From a virus: DNA of 64,000 nucleotides. A model generated the notes under the pieces. That model did not search any database, was not told the origin of the DNA, and worked only from the letters and a program-made list of their open reading frames with translations. This document shows positions 45,068 to 53,634 of the stretch, one piece after another. The translations under genes and the position numbers were made by a program. Location of the stretch: IMG/VR virus record IMGVR_UViG_3300021420_000017, positions 32,001-96,000 of that record; one strand, 5' to 3'. The first letter of the stretch is position 1; every line of letters begins with the position of its first letter.

Positions 45068-45721
45068 ATGCCGAAGAAGGTTTCCGAAGAGGGTCCCCCG
45101 AGTGCGCCCGAGCCGGATAAGCCGAGGATACGGATGCGGAGATCGGGGCAGATGGTTCCCGTGGGGATCGAAACTTTGACGATGGATGAGGTGTGGAAAA
45201 CAGTAGCAGCGGCCCCATTGATTGATCCAAAGATCAGCGAAAGAGAACGAGTCCCAATCAATGATGTGAGGATCGGATTGTTCCTTATCAACAAGAATGC
45301 GGAAGAGCATTGTCTCGCGGAGGAAAGAGCTGAAGCAAGTCGTCGTAACATAGGCAAGAACAGTAATCGCGCTACAATAAGCGTAGTCGATGATCTTGCC
45401 ATAGATGAAGACATCGCTATTGCAGCGATTGCTCAGAGCGTTCTTGATCAGATGAGCAAGATCAGTTCTCGTGAACGTATCTATCGGGCGGCGCTGGACC
45501 AGGCCCGGGATGACATTGACTCTTTTCTAACTCAGATAAAGAACAAGTCCAGCAAGAGACTCGAATCTGTGCGCATCAAGGCTATGAAGTTGTTCAAGTC
45601 GAGAAAGAAGGACCCAGGACAGGTTGGGACCGACAGGGTCTCTCAATCGGTTAATGCTTCTCTGGATGACGTGGTCTTCCTCGATCTTCTGGATGACGCG
45701 GTCTTCCTCGATCTTGAATGA
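45068..45721 (+). CDS. Hypothetical protein (217 aa, low GC)
   Basis: Long ORF. Confidence 0.6.
   Translation: MPKKVSEEGPPSAPEPDKPRIRMRRSGQMVPVGIETLTMDEVWKTVAAAPLIDPKISERERVPINDVRIGLFLINKNAEEHCLAEERAEASRRNIGKNSNRATISVVDDLAIDEDIAIAAIAQSVLDQMSKISSRERIYRAALDQARDDIDSFLTQIKNKSSKRLESVRIKAMKLFKSRKKDPGQVGTDRVSQSVNASLDDVVFLDLLDDAVFLDLE
45662..45715 (+). repeat. 27-bp tandem duplication (LDDVVFLDL/LDDAVFLDL)
   Basis: Read directly; one mismatch. Confidence 0.9.
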
Positions 45722-45779
45722 TGACTTGATCGGCAAGCCCGGCTACCGTTTGAGGTAGCCGATCCCCTATGCTATCCGC

Positions 45780-46568
45780 GTGACCTCCCTGTCCTACCAA
45801 GAGCGGCTACTGATCGATAAGATCGCTGAGGGAATCTCCTCGCTCCTGAACTCCCCGCACGCCGAGCGTGAGTCTCTACGTGTACTTCACCGAAAAGTAG
45901 ATCGACTACTCCACCCCATCATCATTCGTATTCGGGTCGGCCTTGTCCGGGGTCAAGATGGCTCCCTGCCGACCACTCAGCCAGAAGGGCCCACAATGCA
46001 GCTCACCGACACCCAGCAGGTCGACTACACCATCGAGGTCGATGACACCAAGGGGTATGCGGTTCCCGGCGCCGCGCTCGCAGCCTCGGTGGACAACCCC
46101 GCCGTGGCGACTGTCACCCAGACTGGTTCGACCTTCACCGTCGTCGCTGGTCAGCCTGGCAGTGCGGTCGTCACTTTCACCGTCGGGGGACTGACCGCCA
46201 CCGAGGCGATCGACGTCGTCGCCGGTGGAGTGGCCACCATCAAGGTGACTGCTGGCACTCCGGTGGATCAGCCCGTTGCCGTTCCGGTCGTTCCCGCCGC
46301 GACCGCCGTGGTTGCCTCACCCGTCACTCCGCCCGAGCCGGTCGTGTCCTCGGATCTCACAGCGACCTCGCCGGTTCCGACGCCTTCCATTGCCACTCCG
46401 GTAGATCCCACTGTGACCTCGCCGACGGCAGTCCCGGCTACGGATGCCACTCCCCCGGCAGCTCCGGTCGTCGCTCCCGATCCGGTAGATGTTCCTGCTC
46501 CGGTTGTTCCGGCTTCTGTTATCGCGGCCGACCCCACCGTGGCTCCGCAGACAGACACCACGGCCTAA
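45780..46568 (+). CDS. Ig-like-domain protein with a Pro/Thr/Val/Ala-rich tail (alternative start at ATG 45996)
   Basis: SVDNPAVATV....TFTVVAGQPGSAVVTFT (Big_2-like). Confidence 0.75.
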   Translation: MTSLSYQERLLIDKIAEGISSLLNSPHAERESLRVLHRKVDRLLHPIIIRIRVGLVRGQDGSLPTTQPEGPTMQLTDTQQVDYTIEVDDTKGYAVPGAALAASVDNPAVATVTQTGSTFTVVAGQPGSAVVTFTVGGLTATEAIDVVAGGVATIKVTAGTPVDQPVAVPVVPAATAVVASPVTPPEPVVSSDLTATSPVPTPSIATPVDPTVTSPTAVPATDATPPAAPVVAPDPVDVPAPVVPASVIAADPTVAPQTDTTA

Positions 46569-46616
46569 CCCCTGGACCCCCGGCGGGTGCTGGCCCCCGC
46601 TTCGCCAGTCGGGTTA

Positions 46617-46659
46617 GCGAAGCCCCACTCGATTTCGGTCGGGTGGGGCTTCGTGTTTT
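46617..46659 (+). terminator. Intrinsic terminator
   Basis: CGAAGCCCCAC / GTGGGGCTTCG stem plus TTTT. Confidence 0.8.
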
Positions 46660-46898
46660 AAGCGAATGGTGTAAGGTCATCCACGCCTGCTCGTCTCCTC
46701 GTAGCAGCCGCGCCTGTTGTGTTCGGACCCGCGCCTCGTGCAAGACGCCGTCGAAGGTAGAGACACCTCGGCGAATGTCTGGGTCCGAACACTGCAGAAG
46801 TCGCTCAGTTCATGAATGGCAGAAGCCGATCCGAGGACCAGTTACCGGGTCCTCGGATCGGCTTCTGCGTAGGGCACCAGTTCGCAGCCTCGTATCCG

Positions 46899-47276
46899 TC
46901 ACCAATAGTGCCACATGGCGGCTCCTCGTGGGCGGTAGGGTGCGATATCTTCCTCCCCCGTGCGGAGAGCCATCCGAACTCGCTGGCGCTCGGCGCGGTG
47001 CATCCTGTTGGCTTCCCAACGGACCCCCTTGGGCCGCCAGTACCAGTTGCTGTCGTAATAGGCCCGATAGGGCTGCTCATCATCACAGCGGGGCTTGATG
47101 GCCCAGGTGAAGGTATGGCGGAACCGGGGTGAGTACGCGCGTTCCCGGGGCCACCAGGAGCGGTGGTGATTGTTCCGGGGCCGGTAGTCGCACTCGCCAT
47201 GGGTGTGGTCGTGGGACTCGTGACCGTAGCGGTTGAGTTTGACCCACTCGGGGTCGGTCTTGTCGGTGCGGGACAT
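46899..47276 (-). CDS. Basic hypothetical protein (125 aa)
   Basis: MSRTDKTDPEWV; GAAGG SD. Confidence 0.65.
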   Translation of the reverse strand: MSRTDKTDPEWVKLNRYGHESHDHTHGECDYRPRNNHHRSWWPRERAYSPRFRHTFTWAIKPRCDDEQPYRAYYDSNWYWRPKGVRWEANRMHRAERQRVRMALRTGEEDIAPYRPRGAAMWHYW

Positions 47277-47331
47277 CGATGCCTTCCCGCTGACACGGTG
47301 TCAGCTCTATAACGACATCGCGCACCTCCTA

Positions 47332-47583
47332 CTACCAGTCATCGTTGATCTCGCATTGATCCCAGGCCAGGTCGGCCACGTGCTTCTCGCCGTAGGTTTT
47401 GCGCACCAAGTCCTTGGCGAACTCGATCCACTCTTCTTGGTCATCGGTGTAGGGGTGAGTGAACTCGAACTTGCGCTGGGATCCCCGGTACTGCTCCTCG
47501 CCGTCCTGAAGGATCTCCACGGTGTGTCCGCAGCAGCCGGTCTCGCAGCCGTAGCTGTCGTGGTAGACGATCACCTTGGCCAC
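47332..47583 (-). CDS. Hypothetical protein (83 aa)
   Basis: YHDSYGCETGCCGH. Confidence 0.7.
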   Translation of the reverse strand: MAKVIVYHDSYGCETGCCGHTVEILQDGEEQYRGSQRKFEFTHPYTDDQEEWIEFAKDLVRKTYGEKHVADLAWDQCEINDDW

Positions 47584-47655
47584 GTTCGGGCTCCGATCAT
47601 TTCAGGTGGGCAGCCGAGCACAATAACAGATCTTGGTTGGGAGTAGTGAAAGCTC

Positions 47656-47919
47656 TTATTCGGTGCTTGTGGGCTTAGAAACAGGAGTCTCCCCCAGCCG
47701 CTCCAAGAGCTTGATCAGTGAGTCGATCTGGTGCGGCCAGACCGCGAGGGTTCCGGTGCCCATGTTGGATCCACCGACGCGCCAGTAGTGACTCTCCCCG
47801 GCTTCGTCGTATGGGACTGCAGTCGCCCGGATGGTCTCGCTGAAGGCCGGGTCGTCTTCGTCTGGGATTGTGATCTCTACTACCGGGGTCAGATAGGTGA
47901 CGGTCTCAGTTGTAGTCAT
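47656..47919 (-). CDS. Hypothetical protein (87 aa)
   Basis: AAGGAG SD before ATG 47919. Confidence 0.65.
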   Translation of the reverse strand: MTTTETVTYLTPVVEITIPDEDDPAFSETIRATAVPYDEAGESHYWRVGGSNMGTGTLAVWPHQIDSLIKLLERLGETPVSKPTSTE

Positions 47920-48257
47920 AGCGCTCCTTCGATCGGGCAACTGATCAGAATAGCAGAGCTGCGAGGCGAGAGAGTTCTAGCCTATGACTTGGTAGAGCCC
48001 ATGCTGAGCTGCAACGAGTTGGATCGCATCGTGAGACGCAGGGTCACGCAGCGCAAGAGACTCAAGGTCAGATTGAGCATTGCGGTAAGACTTGATGTTG
48101 AGGCCGAACCCAATGATGACTTTGTGCGGTCGCTGGGTGAGCATGATGCCAAACTCGTTGATCCGGACATGACGGCTGTGCCGGTCTGAACGTGGGCATT
48201 CGGGAAACGATTTGCACATCAGCGCTCTTCCGCTCTGTTCTGCGTTGATGATTGGTT

Positions 48258-48399
48258 GCGCTCCAGGAGTCCGACAGAGTTCCCCGCCCCTGGGGAAGGT
48301 TCCATAGGGGCTCGGTCCTCGCAGCAAGGACATCGGAGTTGCGCAACTCCGGAGTCATGACCGAGCTGGAGCACCTCGGTCATCCGCAGAACCCTCTGT
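48258..48399 (-). ncRNA. Highly structured RNA domain 3' of the tRNA-like gene, with a predicted pseudoknot
   Basis: Six nested stems plus 9-nt loop-to-tail complementarity. Confidence 0.55.
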
Positions 48400-48407
48400 G
48401 TTTCTCG

Positions 48408-48479
48408 TCGGGGTGACTGGATTCGAACCAGTGACTTTCCGGTTCACGCCGGATGCTCTGTCCGCTGAGCTACGCCCCA
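48408..48479 (-). tRNA. Atypical tRNA (6-nt anticodon loop CGUGAA; His-like GUG); no encoded CCA
   Basis: D arm GCTC/GAGC; anticodon stem TCCGG/CCGGA; T arm ACTGG-TTCGAAT-CCAGT; acceptor stem with U1-G72 and a C6-A67 mismatch. Confidence 0.75.
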
Positions 48480-48497
48480 GTGTTGTGATGCAGGGCG

Positions 48498-48525
48498 ATA
48501 CTAGCAGCCATCGTGATCGTTTCAA
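48498..48525 (-). promoter_or_regulatory. SigA-like promoter for the tRNA/ncRNA unit
   Basis: TTGAAA, 16-bp spacer, TAGTAT. Confidence 0.7.
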
Positions 48526-48579
48526 ACGGTTGCTAGGGTGCTCGTTGCACCCCGACCGCAACTGACCCCTGGAGATCGT

Positions 48580-48861
48580 ATGTCTGAGAGCACTGTCGTG
48601 TCGCAACCGGAACGCGCTGGACGCGAGGGCGATAGTCAAGGGTTGCCCACTCCGAACAACGAGATCGATACGCAGTCTATAGCGATACGGTTGATCTCGG
48701 ATCGACGTGATATTGGAATTAAGCGATATGGAACTGCGCTGCAGCCGAACAATAATCGTGACTCTCTGTGGGATGCGATAGAAGAGTCCTTGGATATGTT
48801 CGTCTATCTGCTTAACTACTGGCGCGAACAGAATCCGGGAGCCTCGATACCAGGACTCTGA
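48580..48861 (+). CDS. All-alpha NTP-pyrophosphatase-like (MazG-type) small protein
   Basis: RRDIGIKRYGTALQPNN.RDSL.DAIEESLDMFVYL. Confidence 0.6.
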   Translation: MSESTVVSQPERAGREGDSQGLPTPNNEIDTQSIAIRLISDRRDIGIKRYGTALQPNNNRDSLWDAIEESLDMFVYLLNYWREQNPGASIPGL

Positions 48862-48927
48862 AGCCGGTATCTCTGAGGCCATCAGCGAATCCGCCGCTGT
48901 TCATGCCCGAGGGTGAATCCGCCCACC

Positions 48928-48939
48928 TGAAGTAGTGAG
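48928..48939 (+). promoter_or_regulatory. Putative late-promoter motif
   Basis: CACCTGAAGTAGTGA, 15 bp identical to the copy at 60845-60859. Confidence 0.6.
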
Positions 48940-48968
48940 GGCAAGTTTTCCTACGAAAGGTGTGTGCG

Positions 48969-50732
48969 GTGGCGGGACGCGACGTGCACGAGGTCGTACG
49001 CCAGTACGAGCATGCGCCCAGTCAGGAACCGATGCATGGCCAACTAGGCCAGATCCGGCGAGCCCCCTCCACCGATCAGAAGAAGACACGGCGCGAGCTG
49101 CAACGCAAGGCCGACCTGGAGGACTCCATCGTGACCCAGCCACAGTCCCGCACGGCGGCTATCGCCGATCTGCTGGGCCGAGCCAGCGTGGCTCGCACTC
49201 AGCCCGAGCGAGAGAGCCTGATGCTGCAGGTGGAGAGCCTGCGCACTGAGGCCGCCGCCGAGCACGAGGCCGAGTACGGCTTTCAGGTCGGAGCGGCGAA
49301 GGTCCGTGACACCCTGGTGCCCGGTCATGGCTACGAGCGGATGAGCGAAGAGACAGACTGGATCATCGGTCTGACGTCGACCGCCAGCCTCACCGAGGCC
49401 AGCCAGGAGATGGTGGCTCAGGCCACGATGTGGTTCGACCGGGTGCCGGTCATGGTCAAGGAGTATCCCGAGGAGTTCGGCGAGCAGGCCCGCAACATGG
49501 GCCGCCGCCTGGCTGGTCAGTTCGGCGAGCAGGCTGAGGCCGCTGAGCAGGCCTTCCTCACCGAGGCCGGGCGCCTGCACACCCAGGCAGTGCGCAACGG
49601 GGCGTTCGCCATCGCAAAGGAGGCTGAGCTGGACGCCGCCCTCGGTGGTTTCTCCTACGACGCGAACAGCGAACAGATCACTGACCCCACGACCCCCAAG
49701 CGCAGTCATGCCGCGCTCCTGGCGGACATGATGCTGCAGGCCCAGGCCGCCAGCTCGCTGCCCCAGGTGGCCGACGGCACCAACCCGGCCCCTGGGGACA
49801 CCTTCTCCACCCTCAATGGCGGGGGCGGCGTGCCTCCTGAGGCGACCGACTCCAACCGGGCACCCGCCTTGCAGGAGATCCAGAACTACACCGGCTGGGA
49901 CGGTTCCTCGGTCGTGCCGCCCAATGACAACCACGCAGACATCGACAATCACGCTGGCGGCCCCGTCAATGCCGCTAGTCCCCAGCCCGGCTTCCCGGTC
50001 GGCGCTTCACTGCAGCACACCGTTCACAAGGAGAGTCACATGGCCCAGGTGCACGTCGCGTGCCCGACCTGCGGCGGCCACGGCAAGGTGGCTACCCGCG
50101 CGCACGATCCCAAGACGGCCTACTCGGGCCTGCCTCAGATCGATCAGATCGTCAACGCCGATGACAGCCCCGGGGAGAGCCCATTCCCGGAGCAGGTCGC
50201 TTTCCCGGTGGTCTGGAACCCGAATACAGTGCCCGGCACTATCAACCAGGCCGAGCAGCAGATCGCCCAGCGCAACCAGCAGTCCCCGATTGCCTCCGGC
50301 GGGACGGGTCGCCCCTCGTCCGCCACGTCGAGTCGGCATGAGGCCAACGGCCGGGACAACTCCGGCTGGATCGGCGACATGGGCGCCAAGGGAACCGACT
50401 ACCCGGGCTATTCGACCCCCAACTACGGTGGACCTGGCAACCTCGGCCAGCCGGACCCGGTCTATGGCGAGGGCGGCGACAACGGCAACCAGCCGCTCAA
50501 GCCCTACGGTGCGCAGGAGGCCAACGACTACACGAATAACCCGGGCCAGAACTGGCAGCCTGGCCAACCGACGGCCGATGACCAGGCCTCCTCGACCGTG
50601 ACCCCCGCCGTCAACACAGGCGCGGGCATGACGGGTACCGCGAGTCGCAATCCCTACATCGCCGCCGCGCAGCAGGAGATCTTGCGTCAGCAGTCCATCA
50701 TCCGCGCCCAGATGGCTTCGCAGGGTCGCTGA
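48969..50732 (+). CDS. Probable virion head-associated protein (~587 aa)
   Basis: First gene of the head block; low-complexity G/N/P/Q regions; CPTCGGHG. Confidence 0.75.
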   Translation: MAGRDVHEVVRQYEHAPSQEPMHGQLGQIRRAPSTDQKKTRRELQRKADLEDSIVTQPQSRTAAIADLLGRASVARTQPERESLMLQVESLRTEAAAEHEAEYGFQVGAAKVRDTLVPGHGYERMSEETDWIIGLTSTASLTEASQEMVAQATMWFDRVPVMVKEYPEEFGEQARNMGRRLAGQFGEQAEAAEQAFLTEAGRLHTQAVRNGAFAIAKEAELDAALGGFSYDANSEQITDPTTPKRSHAALLADMMLQAQAASSLPQVADGTNPAPGDTFSTLNGGGGVPPEATDSNRAPALQEIQNYTGWDGSSVVPPNDNHADIDNHAGGPVNAASPQPGFPVGASLQHTVHKESHMAQVHVACPTCGGHGKVATRAHDPKTAYSGLPQIDQIVNADDSPGESPFPEQVAFPVVWNPNTVPGTINQAEQQIAQRNQQSPIASGGTGRPSSATSSRHEANGRDNSGWIGDMGAKGTDYPGYSTPNYGGPGNLGQPDPVYGEGGDNGNQPLKPYGAQEANDYTNNPGQNWQPGQPTADDQASSTVTPAVNTGAGMTGTASRNPYIAAAQQEILRQQSIIRAQMASQGR

Positions 50733-50737
50733 CCGTA

Positions 50738-51019
50738 GTGAACTTCCGGCTGGCAGTCAAAAGGATCGAAGCCGATCTGGACCCGGATCGTGCAACATCT
50801 GTGCCATGGCCGACAAATAGGCCAGTGGTGCATCAGCCGTTGCCCAGCACGGATGGTCTCGACCCGGCTGCTCCCGGTGGGCCCTCTCCCTTCAACTCGG
50901 GGGCGGGGCCCTACGGGGAGCCGGTGGCAACAGATCCTCTGCGAGATACCCCTATCGCCCAGGGTATGCCGATTCCTCACAAATTGGGCCCGGACCTTGA
51001 CCAAACGACACTTCAGTAG
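50738..51019 (+). CDS. Pro-rich hypothetical protein (93 aa)
   Basis: In head operon. Confidence 0.6.
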   Translation: MNFRLAVKRIEADLDPDRATSVPWPTNRPVVHQPLPSTDGLDPAAPGGPSPFNSGAGPYGEPVATDPLRDTPIAQGMPIPHKLGPDLDQTTLQ

Positions 51020-51030
51020 AGGAAAACGGG

Positions 51031-53634
51031 ATGACTGACTCATTTGCCATCAATGCCCTGTGGGATGGGGTCACCCGTGACTTCGACGCTGAGCAGGCTC
51101 ACGAGCGCTTCGTGCGGGGCAAGGTCGCGGTTGCCAGTCACTGGCCCTTCCTCGCGGTCGCGCAGAGCCCCGAGGAGTTCGATCAGCGGATGGCTCTCGC
51201 TCTGCCCGCGATCGAGGCCAAGCTCGACCCGGCGGTGGCGCAGCAGGTCATCGACTCCCTGGTTGAGGACTGGCAGATCATGCGCGAGGCACACCTAGCA
51301 GCGATGCCCAGTATTGAGGTCCAGGGGCGTCACCGCGCGGTCGTGGAGGTCGGGGAGCAGTTCTTCCACGCCGCCTCCCAGAAGTGGCTCACCGTGGTCG
51401 CTGGACCCGATGGAGAGCCCATCGCGGTCGAGCCGCATGTTGCCCACCTGGCCTACATCGACCCCAGTGATGCCCAGCGTTACTCGACCTACCCCAATCT
51501 CAACCCGCCGGTGAACAACGGCGGCATGCCGGTCGACCCGGATGGCTTCGTGGCCAGTCCAGATCCCGACCAGGCGGGCAAGAGCGATGCGGTCATCCAG
51601 CAGCGCCAGCTCACCCCGGGAGCCTGGACCGTCACCCCGGGCAGTGAATACCCGCAGCACGTCATGCCCCAGTCCGAGCAGTACGGCTACCAGTCCACTG
51701 GCTCTTACAAAGATATTGACAAGAATGGTTGTCCTGACTGTGGGACTAAGTGGGTAGACGGAAAGCTTCAGCACAAGAAAGATTGCCCCACTCTCAAGGA
51801 GTTTGACCCGCATCACGAGTCTTCGCGCCACACAAGCGGAGTCGTCACCACTGGCTGGACGCAGGCTTCGCTCGATCAGTTGCTGGCGGGGATGGGTCAG
51901 TTCGACAAGCTCGCGGGCGATCGATACCACGTGATTGAGGGACGTGGCGAGGCCGAGTTCCCTTCCGATCCCGATGGTTATCAGGATGGTCTGCGCGACG
52001 CGCATTACCATCACTCGCGTGGTGGTTACGACTTCCGCAATGACCCCGAGTTCGCCGACCAGTCCGACGGCTATCAGACTGGCTATCACAAGGGCAAAGC
52101 AGAAGCTACTGATGGTTACCCTCATCGGGCCGTCCGGCACATAGCAGGCGAAGGCGTCGTGCCCACGCCAGGCCCAAACCCGAACTACTTCAGTCAGGGC
52201 ACCAATGGGCTCATGGGCGACATGGGCTACCCGACTGATCCAGGCCCGGAACCGCTAACCCACAATCAAGTAGATGACTTCTACGGCGCGGTTCCACCGC
52301 TGGTCAGCTCAGGCACGGATGGCTCCCAGAACGGCCCCTATAGTCTGCAGGACCCGCAGGCGATGGCTCCGACCGCGAGCCGCCGCCCTTTAGCTGAGCG
52401 CACGGCAGCCACTGATCGTCGGTGGGATGATTTGGCGACTTACAAGGCCGATCCGGATCGACAGGGCCCGTCGCCTAAGCATTATCATGATGGTTTTCTC
52501 GATGGCGTACTCGGGCGGGATGGTACTCACCACAAACACCCGAAAGCTGAAGAGAGCTATCAGCTCGGTCACGGGCACGGGCGATCTGTGCCAAATGATT
52601 TGCGCTCTTGGGTTGCTGATGGCGGAGATATCAAGCAGTCTGTTTTAGTGACGGCAGCCTTCAATGACAGTCACGTGAGTGATTACGTCAACTGGGCTCA
52701 AGGGGAAGGTCATGATCCGGATCATCCCAAGACGCTGAAGCGGTATGAGCAGCGCCCGGGTATCGGAAAGGCACACACCAACTTCCTGGCAGATCAGCTC
52801 TATATCGGTAGCGGTGATCAGGACTGGCGCAAGAGCGCAATGACCGACGGTCGGATCGTCGGTCATTGCGATCACTGTTCGAAGCCCGTCCGTCTGCACA
52901 CCGAGAACGGTGAGCACGAGCTGCGTCACCTGCATAGCGGCTCGAACTGGTGCGCGCCCAAGGCCACCGATTCGCTCTCGGTGGCGAAGGTGTCTTCACA
53001 GTTTTTCGATCCCACCGACCCGAGTGTGCGCACTGCGGCCATCGGCGACCCGCAGGACATGAGCGGCCAAGGTGTGGACCCGATGCCAGGTGGCCAGGGT
53101 CTCACCCAAGACTCTTCTGGGACCGCTGATGCCAATGTGCCGGTGCCTGATCCGATGAGCAGCACCGGCAGCCTCCAGGCCTGGGCGAATCAGTACATCA
53201 AGCGGCAGGGCGACTCCTGGGTCATCACTCAGAAGGGGACCGGCAAGGTTCTCTCCCACCATGACAGTCAGGAAGAGGCCGAGGCCAGCTTCCGGGCGAT
53301 GATGGAGTCCAAGCACGGGGTTTCTCTGCGCGCTCAGGCCGACGGAGTCAGCATCGAGCGTCCTACAGCAGAAAACCCGACTGGGCGAGGCTCGGATGAG
53401 TTCCAGGCCACACATTGGGACAACATAGTGCAACAGCGACCAATGCAGGCGCCTGATGGCAGCGGTGGTCGCAATATCAACTCGCCCGTCTTGCCTGCCG
53501 CTCCGATCCGCACGATTGACACGAATCGGCCTGGCGGTCGGAATCCGCAGCAGGACGAGGTCGGAGAGAACCAGAACGAGGATTCGCGTGAGGCCTCGTT
53601 GCGCACCCTGGCGCAGATCATGGAGGCCGACTAA
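51031..53634 (+). CDS. Large modular probable virion protein (867 aa)
   Basis: YIKRQGDSWVITQKGTGKVLSHHDS module; Zn fingers; YxxGxxxG repeats. Confidence 0.8.
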   Translation: MTDSFAINALWDGVTRDFDAEQAHERFVRGKVAVASHWPFLAVAQSPEEFDQRMALALPAIEAKLDPAVAQQVIDSLVEDWQIMREAHLAAMPSIEVQGRHRAVVEVGEQFFHAASQKWLTVVAGPDGEPIAVEPHVAHLAYIDPSDAQRYSTYPNLNPPVNNGGMPVDPDGFVASPDPDQAGKSDAVIQQRQLTPGAWTVTPGSEYPQHVMPQSEQYGYQSTGSYKDIDKNGCPDCGTKWVDGKLQHKKDCPTLKEFDPHHESSRHTSGVVTTGWTQASLDQLLAGMGQFDKLAGDRYHVIEGRGEAEFPSDPDGYQDGLRDAHYHHSRGGYDFRNDPEFADQSDGYQTGYHKGKAEATDGYPHRAVRHIAGEGVVPTPGPNPNYFSQGTNGLMGDMGYPTDPGPEPLTHNQVDDFYGAVPPLVSSGTDGSQNGPYSLQDPQAMAPTASRRPLAERTAATDRRWDDLATYKADPDRQGPSPKHYHDGFLDGVLGRDGTHHKHPKAEESYQLGHGHGRSVPNDLRSWVADGGDIKQSVLVTAAFNDSHVSDYVNWAQGEGHDPDHPKTLKRYEQRPGIGKAHTNFLADQLYIGSGDQDWRKSAMTDGRIVGHCDHCSKPVRLHTENGEHELRHLHSGSNWCAPKATDSLSVAKVSSQFFDPTDPSVRTAAIGDPQDMSGQGVDPMPGGQGLTQDSSGTADANVPVPDPMSSTGSLQAWANQYIKRQGDSWVITQKGTGKVLSHHDSQEEAEASFRAMMESKHGVSLRAQADGVSIERPTAENPTGRGSDEFQATHWDNIVQQRPMQAPDGSGGRNINSPVLPAAPIRTIDTNRPGGRNPQQDEVGENQNEDSREASLRTLAQIMEAD

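Noticed and set aside
45662-45715. 27-bp duplication as a regulatory or att site
   Set aside because: In-frame tandem copy at the end of a gene, best explained by slippage.
48380-48407. Theta/HDV-like ribozyme at the tRNA 3' end
   Set aside because: The nested double-pseudoknot HDV core is not recognisable; the region is kept as an unassigned structured RNA.
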